Source of the DNA: Anaerolineales bacterium
Lineage (GTDB): Bacteria; Chloroflexota; Anaerolineae; Anaerolineales; DRKV01
Length of the DNA: 64,000 nucleotides
Assembly: GCA_034429745.1 (NCBI GenBank)
Contig: DAOUFY010000005.1
Span: 1,544 to 65,543, forward strand
Reading direction: 5' to 3'
Positions 8,869 to 18,727 of the stretch are shown here, piece after piece. The position numbers were made by a program, and so were the translations under genes. Position 1 is the stretch's first letter. Each line of letters starts with the position of its first letter. The notes below the pieces were generated by a model. The model was not told the origin of the DNA, searched no databases, and was given only the letters and a program-made list of their open reading frames with translations.

Positions 8869-10749
8869 ATGTCATCAGAACAAATCATACCCGACACTTA
8901 TACCTTAGATATAGAGCCCATTGGACGTAGAATCATCAATACTCGTGAGGATACACTTTTAAACGCTGCTCAAATCGCCGGCTTAGAACTCACAGCTTTA
9001 TGCGGAGGCGAAGGGTGGTGTGGCAAATGTCGCATTAAGATAATTTCAGGGCAAGTTACACCCTATACAACCGATGAACTCACTGCGTTATCCGCGACTG
9101 ACATAGCCCATGGCATTCGCCTTGCTTGTCAAGTCAAACCTCTCTCGGATGTTGTGCTTGAAATATTGCCCGAAACATTAACCACATCTCAAAGACTTCA
9201 GTTGGAAGGCTCCAATCTGTTAGAACGCCCCTCAAATTCATTAACCTCAGCTTTTGACATAACTTTAACCCCACCATCACTTACAGATTTAACTGCAGAT
9301 TCAACCCGTATAATAAATGCTCTGCAACAACATGGCATTAACACCCCAGTTATAGATTTGCCTCTTTTACAGCATCTCTCCGATCAGCTTCGTCAATTAA
9401 ACTGGAATATTCGTATTATTACTCACAACAATCGCATCGCAGGGATATTTCCTCCGCGAACGAAGCCCTTAGGTTTAGCTATAGATTTTGGCAGTACAAA
9501 GATTGCTGCCTATCTTGTTGATTTAGAACAATGTCAAATTCTTGCTAAGCAAGGTGCAGTCAACCCACAAGTCGCTTACGGCGAAGATGTGGTAAGCCGC
9601 ATCGCTTACGCTAACCAAAATCCGCAGGGAAGAAAAGTTCTACAAGAGATTCTGGTTGAAAAAATCAACGAGTTGATAGCGGAATTGTGCCAAAAAACTT
9701 CCACATCAACCGATCAAATCATCGCAGCAGTTGCTGTTGGAAATACCGTTATTCATCATCTATTTCTAGGTCTTCCTTTACAGCAGCTTGGTGAAGCCCC
9801 TTATATTCCTACAATAAGTACCGCTGTGGAATTCCCAGCTCGCGAATTAAACCTTAACATTGCACTCAATGGCAGCCTCTATATGCCACCAAATATTGCT
9901 GCTTATGTTGGAGCTGATCACGTCGCTATGCTATTGGCTGCAAATATTTTAAATCAATCAAGAAAAACTATTATCGCTTTGGATATTGGCACAAACACAG
10001 AAATTAGCTTATATAGCCCCCATAAACCAAGCAAAAAAGAAAATTTAGCAGATCGAAAAATCACCGGCAGCTTATACAGTTGTTCATGTGCCTCGGGCCC
10101 AGCCTTTGAGGGTGCTCACATCCATGATGGTATGCGCGCTATTCCAGGTGCTATTGAACACGTTCAATTCCGCGACGGCAAGTTATATATGCATACCATT
10201 GACAACAAACCTCCCCTTGGTATCTGCGGTTCAGGTATTTTAGACGCAGTATCCGAGTTGTACCGCCTTGGTATTGTTGATTCGTCAGGAAGATTAAAAA
10301 AAGATGCCGCTTCAGTCCGATCTTCAAAGGGAGGAGGAGAATATATCTTAGTACCCGCCGACCAAAGCGGAAGCAAACGTGATATTCTCGTTACACGCCG
10401 TGATATTAACGAAATACAGCTAGCTAAAGGCGCCATTCGAGCTGGTATCGAAGTACTCCTTCATGATGTTGGGCTTACTTGGCATGAAATTGACGAAATT
10501 ATTATTGCGGGGGCTTTCGGCACTTATCTGGATATTGATAGTGCAGTGAGAATCGGCATGTTTCCATCCCTTCCTAAAGATAAATTTGTCCAGATCGGCA
10601 ATGCAGCCGGCATGGGTGCCATTCGCTTGCTACTTTCACAGCAAGCCCGCCAAGAAGCGGAAATTATTGCCCAAGCTTCAGAATATATTGAACTCACAAT
10701 TCACCCATCTTTCCGCGATATTTATCTCAATGCGCTAAATTTCGAGTAA
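8869..10749 (+). CDS. ASKHA-domain protein with N-terminal 2Fe-2S ferredoxin (RACo/DUF4445, reductive activator of corrinoid proteins)
   Basis: CGGEGWCGKC...RLACQ cluster motif; IDFGSTK, YGEDVVSRI, DIGTNTEI, CASGPAFEG, GICGSG, IAGAFG and GNAAG ASKHA motifs. Confidence 0.9.
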   Translation: MSSEQIIPDTYTLDIEPIGRRIINTREDTLLNAAQIAGLELTALCGGEGWCGKCRIKIISGQVTPYTTDELTALSATDIAHGIRLACQVKPLSDVVLEILPETLTTSQRLQLEGSNLLERPSNSLTSAFDITLTPPSLTDLTADSTRIINALQQHGINTPVIDLPLLQHLSDQLRQLNWNIRIITHNNRIAGIFPPRTKPLGLAIDFGSTKIAAYLVDLEQCQILAKQGAVNPQVAYGEDVVSRIAYANQNPQGRKVLQEILVEKINELIAELCQKTSTSTDQIIAAVAVGNTVIHHLFLGLPLQQLGEAPYIPTISTAVEFPARELNLNIALNGSLYMPPNIAAYVGADHVAMLLAANILNQSRKTIIALDIGTNTEISLYSPHKPSKKENLADRKITGSLYSCSCASGPAFEGAHIHDGMRAIPGAIEHVQFRDGKLYMHTIDNKPPLGICGSGILDAVSELYRLGIVDSSGRLKKDAASVRSSKGGGEYILVPADQSGSKRDILVTRRDINEIQLAKGAIRAGIEVLLHDVGLTWHEIDEIIIAGAFGTYLDIDSAVRIGMFPSLPKDKFVQIGNAAGMGAIRLLLSQQARQEAEIIAQASEYIELTIHPSFRDIYLNALNFE

Positions 10750-10753
10750 CACT

Positions 10754-11851
10754 ATGTCTAAAATCACCATTCATTTGATAGCTGCAGCCCGTCCAAACTT
10801 TATGAAAGTTGCTCCTCTCTTTCATGCTCTCCGCCAATGCAATTGGTGCGAACCTCTGCTTATTCATACCGGTCAGCATTACGATGCCAATATGTCAGAA
10901 GATTTCTTTGCCGATTTGAATTTGCCCCCCCCTCACTTTCATTTGGGTATTGGCAGTGGTAGCCACGCTGAACAGACTGCCGGAGTGATGATAGCTTATG
11001 AAAAAATATGCACTCAACAACCCCCAAAGTGGGTTATCGTTGTAGGAGATGTAAATTCTACGCTTGCCTGTGCTATTACCGCTAAAAAATGCAAATTAAA
11101 CGTAGCTCATCTCGAGGCTGGACTGCGCAGCCGCGATATGACCATGCCCGAAGAAATTAACCGCATCGTTACTGACTCTATTAGTGATTTGCTATGGACT
11201 CCTTCCTTGGATGCAAACGAAAACTTGATCAAAGAGGGTATTCCCCAAGAAAGGATAAAATTTGTCGGCAATATCATGATCGATTCCTATGAGCTACAGC
11301 GGCATAAAATTAACACATATCAATTGCAGCTCCCCTTCAACTTGCCGCAAAAGTATGGTGTGGTAACTCTTCATCGTCCGGTTAACGTAGATGATATCCA
11401 AAACCTTTCTACCCTCACAGAACAGCTTTTAGCTATCGCTACACATCTTCCTTTGATATTCCCTGTTCATCCACGTACCCGAGAGCGTTTGCTCAGCTTC
11501 AACTTATGGGATAAGTTGAACCAATCTTCACGTATATACCTTATCCCCCCGTTGAGTTATATCCCTTTTATGAAGCTCGTTGAAGGGGCAGCAATGGTCA
11601 TCACCGATTCAGGAGGAATTCAAGAAGAAACTACTTATCTGAACATACCTTGTCTTACCGTGCGCGAGACAACCGAAAGGCCTATCACGATTACTCATGG
11701 CACTAATCGCTTGGTGCAGCGTCAGGATTTATGCACGCAAACTCTCCAGGTTCTCTCAGGTAACTGGCAGCAAGGCAAACGCCCGCCTTTGTGGGATGGC
11801 AAAACAGCTCAGCGAGTTGTCGATTCTCTTCACCAAGTAGTTTTTTCTTAA
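10754..11851 (+). CDS. wecB: UDP-N-acetylglucosamine 2-epimerase (non-hydrolysing)
   Basis: ARPNFMK, HTGQHYD, VVGDVNST, HLEAGLRS, PEEINR, TDSGGIQEE, RETTERP and LWDGKTA motifs. Confidence 0.95.
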   Translation: MSKITIHLIAAARPNFMKVAPLFHALRQCNWCEPLLIHTGQHYDANMSEDFFADLNLPPPHFHLGIGSGSHAEQTAGVMIAYEKICTQQPPKWVIVVGDVNSTLACAITAKKCKLNVAHLEAGLRSRDMTMPEEINRIVTDSISDLLWTPSLDANENLIKEGIPQERIKFVGNIMIDSYELQRHKINTYQLQLPFNLPQKYGVVTLHRPVNVDDIQNLSTLTEQLLAIATHLPLIFPVHPRTRERLLSFNLWDKLNQSSRIYLIPPLSYIPFMKLVEGAAMVITDSGGIQEETTYLNIPCLTVRETTERPITITHGTNRLVQRQDLCTQTLQVLSGNWQQGKRPPLWDGKTAQRVVDSLHQVVFS

Positions 11852-11877
11852 CGCAGAAAAATCAAACAAATAAATAA

Positions 11878-12480
11878 TTAATCCTCTAGAATACAATATT
11901 CATTGCGCTGCACCCAGCGAGCTAGGTCTTTAGGAGGCTTATAAAATTCCATCTTTTCAAGAAGAGAGTATATATCTTCATCATCAATGAATAATTCGCG
12001 ATGAGTATCATAAATAAAGCCTTGTTGAATGGCGTGTTCTACAAGGTGAATGAATGGCCCGAAATAGTTTTCAATATTGAATAAACCAATTGGTTTTGCA
12101 TGCAAGCCAATTTGAGCCCAGGTGATTACCTCAAACAATTCATCAAATGTACCATAACCCCCTGGTAGAGCTATAAAGCCATCAGCTAATGAAATCATAA
12201 GTGCCTTGCGTTGATGCATATCTTCCACTACTTCTAAGCGAGTGAGATGCGGATGAACTAATACCTTCGTATTAAAAAAGGTCGGAGTAACACCAATGAC
12301 CTTTCCCCCATGCTCTAAAGCCCCATTGGCAACAGAACCCATTACACCTGTTTTTCCACCTCCATAAACCAATGCAATACGCTTTTCTGCCAGAATTTTT
12401 CCAACACGATAACCCTCATCAAGATATCTTTGAGACACTTTATCTGAAGAACCACAATATACGCATATCTTTTTTAACAT
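11878..12480 (-). CDS. LOG family nucleotide phosphoribohydrolase (TIGR00730-like)
   Basis: ICVYCGS, LVYGGG..G.MG, MHQRK, PGGYGT.DE motifs. Confidence 0.9.
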   Translation of the reverse strand: MLKKICVYCGSSDKVSQRYLDEGYRVGKILAEKRIALVYGGGKTGVMGSVANGALEHGGKVIGVTPTFFNTKVLVHPHLTRLEVVEDMHQRKALMISLADGFIALPGGYGTFDELFEVITWAQIGLHAKPIGLFNIENYFGPFIHLVEHAIQQGFIYDTHRELFIDDEDIYSLLEKMEFYKPPKDLARWVQRNEYCILED

Positions 12481-13748
12481 TTTGTATGTACCACCTTACC
12501 CTTTTTGATAACTGTATTTATTTGATTGGTTCCAAATTGATAAGCGAGATGACGATAATCTTGGACTTCCAACAGTAAAAGATCAGCTTGTTTGCCGACT
12601 TCAATAGAACCAACTTTCGCTTCCATTCCGATTGCAAAGGCCGCGTTGATAGTACTGGCATTCAAGGCTTCAGCTGGCATCAAACGTTGATAACGGCAGG
12701 CTATTGCCATTACCATTGGCATAGAAAGACAAGGTGCCGAGCCGGGATTATAATCTGTCGCTAAAGCAAGTATTGCCCCATGATCGATTAAGTCGCGAGC
12801 CGGGGCGAATGTTGTGCTGCCAAAGTTAAAGTTTACCGCAGGAAGCACAACGGCTGCAGTATTCGATTCCGCAAGTAATTGTATGTCTTTTATAGAGGTT
12901 ACATCGAGATGATCAACCGATGTTGCACCCATTTCAACAGCTAACTTTACCCCTCCCATGCTGGTGAATTCATCTGCATGTAGTTTTGTCAACAGACCTA
13001 ATTGTTTGCCGCGCTCTAAAATTCGACGCGCTTGCTCCAAACTAAATGCGCCTTTTTCCAAAAATACATCATTATATAACCGTTCCACTTCAGGATGTCT
13101 GTTCCACCACTCCTTAACCATGGGAAGCATTTCATGAATAACTAGATCAACATAGGCTTCCGCATTTTCACGGTATTTTAGAGGCACTGCATGAGCGCCT
13201 AAAAAAGTAGGCACAACATCAACCACATGATTTGCAGCACACTGAACAGCTGCTTCCAATATCTTAATTTCATGGGTGCTTTCCAGTCCATAACCACTTT
13301 TAATTTCTACTGAGGTTGTTCCCAACTCCAGAAGTTGATCTAGTCGCCTTTTGCCTATCTCGACTAATTGTTCTAAAGAGGCTTCTTGGGTAGCTTGGGC
13401 GGTGAATGTTATTCCTCCACCAGCAGCCATAATATCCAAATAAGTAGCACCCTGCAAGCGCATCTCAAATTCTGCAATTCGATCCCCCGTAAAAATAAGG
13501 TGGGTATGAGGGTCCACAAACCCCGGACAAACTGCTCTACCCTGAGCATCAAGTACTTGCTTTGCAGCGTATTGACCCTCAAGTTCACTCATCTTGCCTA
13601 CCGCAATAATAGTCCCGTCCCTCACGGCTACAGCGGCGTCTGAAATTACACCCACATCTTTCATTTGTTCTTTGCGTTTCGGCTTGCCCGAGCTAGCGCA
13701 TGTGAGCAATTGCCCAATATTACTCACGAGGAGATCTGTATTTGCCAT
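12474..13748 (-). CDS. hutI: Imidazolonepropionase
   Basis: PGFVDPHTH, GGGI, EIKSGYGL, FLGAH, LHADE, SVDHL, ATDYNPG motifs. Confidence 0.93.
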   Translation of the reverse strand: MANTDLLVSNIGQLLTCASSGKPKRKEQMKDVGVISDAAVAVRDGTIIAVGKMSELEGQYAAKQVLDAQGRAVCPGFVDPHTHLIFTGDRIAEFEMRLQGATYLDIMAAGGGITFTAQATQEASLEQLVEIGKRRLDQLLELGTTSVEIKSGYGLESTHEIKILEAAVQCAANHVVDVVPTFLGAHAVPLKYRENAEAYVDLVIHEMLPMVKEWWNRHPEVERLYNDVFLEKGAFSLEQARRILERGKQLGLLTKLHADEFTSMGGVKLAVEMGATSVDHLDVTSIKDIQLLAESNTAAVVLPAVNFNFGSTTFAPARDLIDHGAILALATDYNPGSAPCLSMPMVMAIACRYQRLMPAEALNASTINAAFAIGMEAKVGSIEVGKQADLLLLEVQDYRHLAYQFGTNQINTVIKKGKVVHTKC

Positions 13749-13770
13749 ACTAAATGGATTATATCGAAAA

Positions 13771-13816
13771 AAATTAAAAAAGGGTACAGTTTGGAACCGT
13801 ACCCTTTTTTTAATTT
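13771..13816. terminator. Intrinsic terminator (bidirectional geometry) after flgE
   Basis: aaattaaaaaagggtac...gtaccctttttttaattt inverted repeat with A/T tails on both sides. Confidence 0.85.
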
Positions 13817-13831
13817 GACAATGAAAGCGTT

Positions 13832-15124
13832 TTATCGCTTGATATTCACTAACTCTTGGAGCATTTCATCTGATGTGGTAATCATACGCGACGCTGCCTG
13901 AAAGCCGCGCTGGGCTAGGATCATTTGGGTGAATTCATGGCCCATGTCAACGTTTGATCCTTCTATATACCCTACTGCCAAAGTGCCTTTACCCCCGCTG
14001 CCAGGCCAGCCAATGACCGCTGCACCAGAATTGAGGCTGAGAGAATACATGTTCTTACCAAGCTGGGTTAACCCTTCAGGATTTGTAAAGGAAGCTAAGG
14101 CAATCCGACCAAACTTGTCCTGAAGTCCATTGCCATAAACAGCATAAATATCGCCGTTGTTCGCATCAACCAAAAAATTCTGCACCGCAGCAGCCGCCAG
14201 ACCATTTTGGAAAGCCATGGATACATTGCTAGTCTGTGCCATTTGAGTTATTTTTGACAAGTCAAATGCATCAGTTGTAGCAAAGGTAATGTTATTGGCT
14301 CCAGCGCTGCCAGTAACGGTAATCGGAGCAGTAATTGTTGCGCCAGAGTATAAACCATTCGTATCAAAGGTAACTGTTCCACTGCCGCCGGTTACCGTCC
14401 CACCAACTACCGCTGCCCAATTCCATGTCGTACCCGTACCAGTGCTAGCTCCCTTGGTAAAACGTATGGTTACATTATGCAGATAACCTAACGAGTCGTA
14501 AACCGACATTACCATATCATACGTTTCACCTACATTTAAAGTCGAATCCAAGTTGCCGCTGAGGATCACTTTGCTTGTTGCACGAGCTTTAGACGAATTC
14601 AAAGGCAATTGGATTTTGGCAATATTTTGGCTTGTATCAATTTGTGGGTTGCCGCTGTCATCTAAAATAAGATTCCCGCCGCTATCTTTCTTAAAGGAGG
14701 TCCAACCCAAAACCTGGTATCCTGTGGCGATATTCACCAATGTGCCTTGCGAATCCATCTCAAGTGAACCATCACGCGAGTAGAATTGATTGTTACCGCT
14801 GTTAGGATCTTGGTAAATAAAGAAGCCATCCCCTTGAACAGACAGATCAAGGTTTCTGCCAGTAGATTCCAATGAACCCTGAGAAAACTCTCTTGAAATA
14901 GATCCTAACCTCACGCCTAACCCAATTAATGTCGGGTCCATGCCACCTCTCGTTGTCGTGGGGGCAGCGCCAAAAGAAATGATTTGTGAAAATTGATCTT
15001 GGAAATTTGAACGACTAGCTTTAAAACCTTGGGTATTTACATTTGCGATGTTATTGGAAATAACATCCATGGCAGTTTGCTCTAACGTGAGCGCTCCAAT
15101 TGCTGTTAACATTGATCTTAACAT
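13832..15124 (-). CDS. flgE: Flagellar hook protein
   Basis: ISNNIANVNTQGFK N-terminus, GSLESTGRNLDLSVQGDGFF, C-terminal EGSNVD...QRGFQA...TSDEML. Confidence 0.93.
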   Translation of the reverse strand: MLRSMLTAIGALTLEQTAMDVISNNIANVNTQGFKASRSNFQDQFSQIISFGAAPTTTRGGMDPTLIGLGVRLGSISREFSQGSLESTGRNLDLSVQGDGFFIYQDPNSGNNQFYSRDGSLEMDSQGTLVNIATGYQVLGWTSFKKDSGGNLILDDSGNPQIDTSQNIAKIQLPLNSSKARATSKVILSGNLDSTLNVGETYDMVMSVYDSLGYLHNVTIRFTKGASTGTGTTWNWAAVVGGTVTGGSGTVTFDTNGLYSGATITAPITVTGSAGANNITFATTDAFDLSKITQMAQTSNVSMAFQNGLAAAAVQNFLVDANNGDIYAVYGNGLQDKFGRIALASFTNPEGLTQLGKNMYSLSLNSGAAVIGWPGSGGKGTLAVGYIEGSNVDMGHEFTQMILAQRGFQAASRMITTSDEMLQELVNIKR

Positions 15125-15194
15125 AATTTACCTCCTGAAGATTTTTTCACAAGCCTCCTCCAAGAGGTCCAGCTTGTGAATTAATTGTTTTTAT

Positions 15195-15578
15195 TTAATC
15201 CGATTTTTTCTCATTCGCGAGGACAACACTATCAATCTGTGTAAAAACTCCCTCCCCGCGTTTTGTTGCATCCATAGCTGTGATGACCATGCGGCTTTTT
15301 ACATTGACGATAAACGCCATATCATCCATTAAGATTAACGATTCCTGCCCGCCCCTTTTTTCGGCTTTATCAACCGCCTCAGCTAAACGAGCAAGTCCCT
15401 CATCACTCAACTTGATTTGGCGGTTCTCAAGCCGGTTTTGGGCATGCTTGGTAAAGGAAAGCGGCTGAGCTTTTGTCAAGACATCAGCAAAAGTTGATCC
15501 TTCTGTTGAGCTCTTTTTCGCCGTTCCAGTATTGCTTTGCAGCGTTTGTTTAGGGTTAAGCTCAATAGGTTTTGTCAT
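15195..15578 (-). CDS. Flagellar operon protein (TIGR02530-like)
   Basis: FTKHAQNRL...AV.KAE.RGG.ESLIL...AFIVNV..R.VITAMD....VFTQIDS; lies between flgD and flgE. Confidence 0.85.
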   Translation of the reverse strand: MTKPIELNPKQTLQSNTGTAKKSSTEGSTFADVLTKAQPLSFTKHAQNRLENRQIKLSDEGLARLAEAVDKAEKRGGQESLILMDDMAFIVNVKSRMVITAMDATKRGEGVFTQIDSVVLANEKKSD

Positions 15579-15607
15579 AAGCTCTCTCCTAATCCTTTAC
15601 ATGCTCC

Positions 15608-16030
15608 TTACTGGGCAACAGTTACGTCTAAAATATCACTAATGGCAATTTGCTTATTGCCGACTTTAACATAAACATTATTGTTTTCAACGATTACCCC
15701 AGTTACTACGCCCCGTTCCACCTCTTCTTCATTTTTCCAGCCAATTTCCTTATTGATTAAAGAAGAGCCATAACTCAACTGCTGATAATAAGCACTTTTC
15801 GTTATTGCTTCTTGCATGCTTTTCAACGAGGTGAGTGAGTTCAATTGTGTCATTTGGCTCATCATCTCCTGATTGCTCATAGGTTCCAAAGGATCTTGAG
15901 TTTTTAATTGGGCTAGCAATAGGAGCATGAAATCATCCTCGTCAAGCTTGTTTTTCGATGTTTGTGCTGTCGTCGAGCTGCTCTTCTGGGTTGCTGATGT
16001 TGAAGTTACACCTACACTAAGATCGCTCAT
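15608..16030 (-). CDS. flgD: Flagellar hook capping protein
   Basis: LD.DDFMLLLLAQLKTQDPLEPM...QMTQL motif. Confidence 0.93.
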   Translation of the reverse strand: MSDLSVGVTSTSATQKSSSTTAQTSKNKLDEDDFMLLLLAQLKTQDPLEPMSNQEMMSQMTQLNSLTSLKSMQEAITKSAYYQQLSYGSSLINKEIGWKNEEEVERGVVTGVIVENNNVYVKVGNKQIAISDILDVTVAQ

Positions 16031-16042
16031 GTTTACCTCCTT

Positions 16043-17764
16043 TCATACCAAAAAATCTACTCTTGTAGATCCCAGAGCATTATAAGCAGTTGGATAAGCT
16101 GAAACCACTTCTTGAATATTTTCATCATCACTTTGCTGAATCCGTGCTTGGGAATGCTGTTTTCTATGTGATGCGTTTTGTTGTTCAGTTCCCTGTTGAG
16201 CTTGGCGCTGATTTATCGTCAGCCCTGTAAGGTTGACCCCGGATTGTTGGAGCACTTGTTGCAATTCTTGGGCATGTCTCTCTAGAGCTTGTTGGGCTAT
16301 AGCATTATCCGCTAATATGCTTATCTGCAATGCTCCGCCCTGCGAAGATAACTTTATTTCCAAGCCGCCCAGATTTTCTGGGTATAATTGTATGCGCAGG
16401 AATTTTTGGTCACCTTTAAGTAATGTTTCTAAATTGGTGATGGTCTGTTGGAAAATTGAGGCGGCAGTATGCGCTTCATGTGCCTTTGATTTGTTTTCTA
16501 CCATCAGTGACTGATTCAATTGTGTCTGTGGTATTGAGTGTTGGACTATATCGTTTTCTCCTGTATCAGATAATTTTTGCAATACTAGCCCACTCTCCTT
16601 CTTGCTTGTTCCAGCCTGCTCCAATGAAGAATTGTTATCTGCAGTAGATGTAAGTTGGATTCCTTCTGCACCTTTATTAAGAACTGCCTGTATTGCCTGT
16701 TCATCCGCAGCTGACATAACTATATTCAAAGAGTTTAACTTTACCTCATCAATTTCTGTTTGAGGAATAGAAATTCGCTGCTGCCCACCACTAGCTTTCA
16801 TTCCTTCTATTAAGGTTTGATGAGCTGCATTAGTTTTACTCCCTTGTTGATTAAAGAAATTCGCAAGAGAATCGAGGCTGCGAGAATAGTTTTGAGAAGA
16901 TGCTGCTTCAGGGTGAGATGATGGTAAGTTGCTAACAAGGGTGTTTCCTGTGCCTTTGCTATTCTTTGCATCTTCCAGAGCTTGTTCACTGCTCTTTGTT
17001 CCATGAGCAGTAACATTTTGGGATTCAGCCTCCGCCAACAACCCATTCAGCTCCTTCTCATTGCCTACACCCTGAGATGCAGATAAAATCCTCTGAGATT
17101 CAGCTTCCGCCAACAACCCACTCAGTTCTTTCTCATTGACTACACCCTGAGAGGCTGACAAATTCCTTTGGGATTCAGCTATTTGTTGTTGGTTGATTAG
17201 AGCTTCCGCCAAGCGGTCCGGCTCTGCTGATTGATTTTGGATGATTGGTATAGTCTCTCCAACAAAAGGCACATTCAATGATTTTTCCATCGCTATTGTG
17301 CCATTTTTACCGCCATCACTATTTCCGATGACACTTAACAATACTTTCCAAGATTGCGATGCGTCTTGTTCACTTGCTGCCTCTTGTATAGCTGCAGTCA
17401 ATTTTTCTGTTTCTTGTTGCTCATCAGACAACTGTTTTGGTGATATTCCTAATGCAACCACTTCATTGGTATTGTTCAGTTCCTTATTTCCTCCATTTCG
17501 TTCTAAGTTTGGTATTTTTATCTCCTCTTCAGTTGAGGAAATGACGTCGGTTCTAGAAGAGGCTTGATGATCCTCTGCATGCTTATTAATACGCTCTATG
17601 CTTGCTTTATGCTGCGATGAAGCAGAGCGGCCGTTGATTTCCTTCGTTAATGTTTCAGCAAATGGCACCTGATCTGAAGGACGATTTTTCTTTGACTGTC
17701 CACCTGCCTTATGCAGCGGCGGAGAAGTTGCTAACACTTTTTCAGAAAATGGATTGGTCATCAT
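16043..17764 (-). CDS. fliK: Flagellar hook-length control protein
   Basis: Low-complexity N-terminal region and C-terminal T3S4 domain (IQLYPENLGGLEI...L...LQQSG.NL); directly upstream of flgD. Confidence 0.85.
   Translation of the reverse strand: MMTNPFSEKVLATSPPLHKAGGQSKKNRPSDQVPFAETLTKEINGRSASSQHKASIERINKHAEDHQASSRTDVISSTEEEIKIPNLERNGGNKELNNTNEVVALGISPKQLSDEQQETEKLTAAIQEAASEQDASQSWKVLLSVIGNSDGGKNGTIAMEKSLNVPFVGETIPIIQNQSAEPDRLAEALINQQQIAESQRNLSASQGVVNEKELSGLLAEAESQRILSASQGVGNEKELNGLLAEAESQNVTAHGTKSSEQALEDAKNSKGTGNTLVSNLPSSHPEAASSQNYSRSLDSLANFFNQQGSKTNAAHQTLIEGMKASGGQQRISIPQTEIDEVKLNSLNIVMSAADEQAIQAVLNKGAEGIQLTSTADNNSSLEQAGTSKKESGLVLQKLSDTGENDIVQHSIPQTQLNQSLMVENKSKAHEAHTAASIFQQTITNLETLLKGDQKFLRIQLYPENLGGLEIKLSSQGGALQISILADNAIAQQALERHAQELQQVLQQSGVNLTGLTINQRQAQQGTEQQNASHRKQHSQARIQQSDDENIQEVVSAYPTAYNALGSTRVDFLV
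17022..17179 (-). repeat. 75-bp (25-aa) tandem duplication inside fliK
   Basis: GATTCAGC anchors at 17022, 17097 and 17172; protein unit ESQRxLSASQGVxNEKELxGLLAEA occurs twice. Confidence 0.95.
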
Positions 17765-17765
17765 A

Positions 17766-18173
17766 TTATCTTACCCTCGTAATATCTTTCATTAACCTTA
17801 ATTTTCTTGCTACCCATTGGGTAACTGCCGACTGACGTATTGCAGTCTCATTCATTTGCACCATCTCTCGATCTATATCTACATTATTCCCATCTGCACG
17901 CGGTGTACCAAAACGCGACTCAGTTTGCTTAAAAAGAATTTGACTCCCGGGAATATCTAGATGTTTAGGATCGGTGCGTACAAGATTGAGATTTTTGGGT
18001 TTTCCATTCATCACCTCCTTTAATGTTTGTTCAAAACTCACCTCCTTTGCTTTATATCCTGGTGTATCAACATTGGCAATATTTTCACTTGTAACATCTT
18101 GACGTAATGCCAATCCATCTAGCGCCAAACGAGAAAGTTGCAAAGCAGAATCAGAGCGAATAACATCAAACAT
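17766..18173 (-). CDS. flgB: Flagellar basal-body rod protein
   Basis: RQ.V..ENIANVDTPGYK and R.DGNNVDIDREM motifs; start set to ATG 18173. Confidence 0.9.
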   Translation of the reverse strand: MFDVIRSDSALQLSRLALDGLALRQDVTSENIANVDTPGYKAKEVSFEQTLKEVMNGKPKNLNLVRTDPKHLDIPGSQILFKQTESRFGTPRADGNNVDIDREMVQMNETAIRQSAVTQWVARKLRLMKDITRVR

Positions 18174-18175
18174 AC

Positions 18176-18727
18176 TTACACACTCCAAATTTGTTTTGTA
18201 CGGTTATACGCTTCTAAAACCCGATTTACATAAGTCTGCGTTTCCTTGTATGGTGGTACGCCGTCATACTCATCAACTGCTCCAGGACCGGCATTATAAC
18301 CAGCTAAGGCCTTTGTGACGTCACCGTCGTAATAATCAAGCAATTGTTTCAAGTAGCGTACTCCAGCATCAACATTTTGTTTAATATCAAATGGATTAGT
18401 TACACCTAAACTTGCTGCCGTCTCAGGCATCAGCTGCATCAGCCCTTGTGCGCCGGCTGGAGACTGTGCTTTAGGGTTAAAGCCCGACTCAGATTCGATA
18501 ACCGCTTCGATCAATTCTTTATCCACTTGATATTTCGCGGCGACTTCATTGATAATTTGAGCAAATGAACTGCGCGAGAATCTTCCCTGAGTTTTCGAAG
18601 CTTGACTATCACTTGTTTCACCAAGTGCCATTTCCTTCTGCTGGCGAAGACGTTCTAAGAGGTTTATCATCAGCCGGAAATATACAGTTTGGATTTGATA
18701 TCCCATTAACATATCATCCATAATCAT
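18176..18727 (-). CDS. Lytic transglycosylase (SLT domain)
   Basis: AVIESESGFNP.A.S.AGA.GLMQLMP.TA and ALAGYNAGPG.V.....PPYKETQ.YV motifs. Confidence 0.93.
   Translation of the reverse strand: MIMDDMLMGYQIQTVYFRLMINLLERLRQQKEMALGETSDSQASKTQGRFSRSSFAQIINEVAAKYQVDKELIEAVIESESGFNPKAQSPAGAQGLMQLMPETAASLGVTNPFDIKQNVDAGVRYLKQLLDYYDGDVTKALAGYNAGPGAVDEYDGVPPYKETQTYVNRVLEAYNRTKQIWSV

Noticed and set aside
12474-13748. hutI without hutH/hutU/hutG as a broken pathway
   Set aside because: hut genes are often dispersed; cannot be judged from one window.
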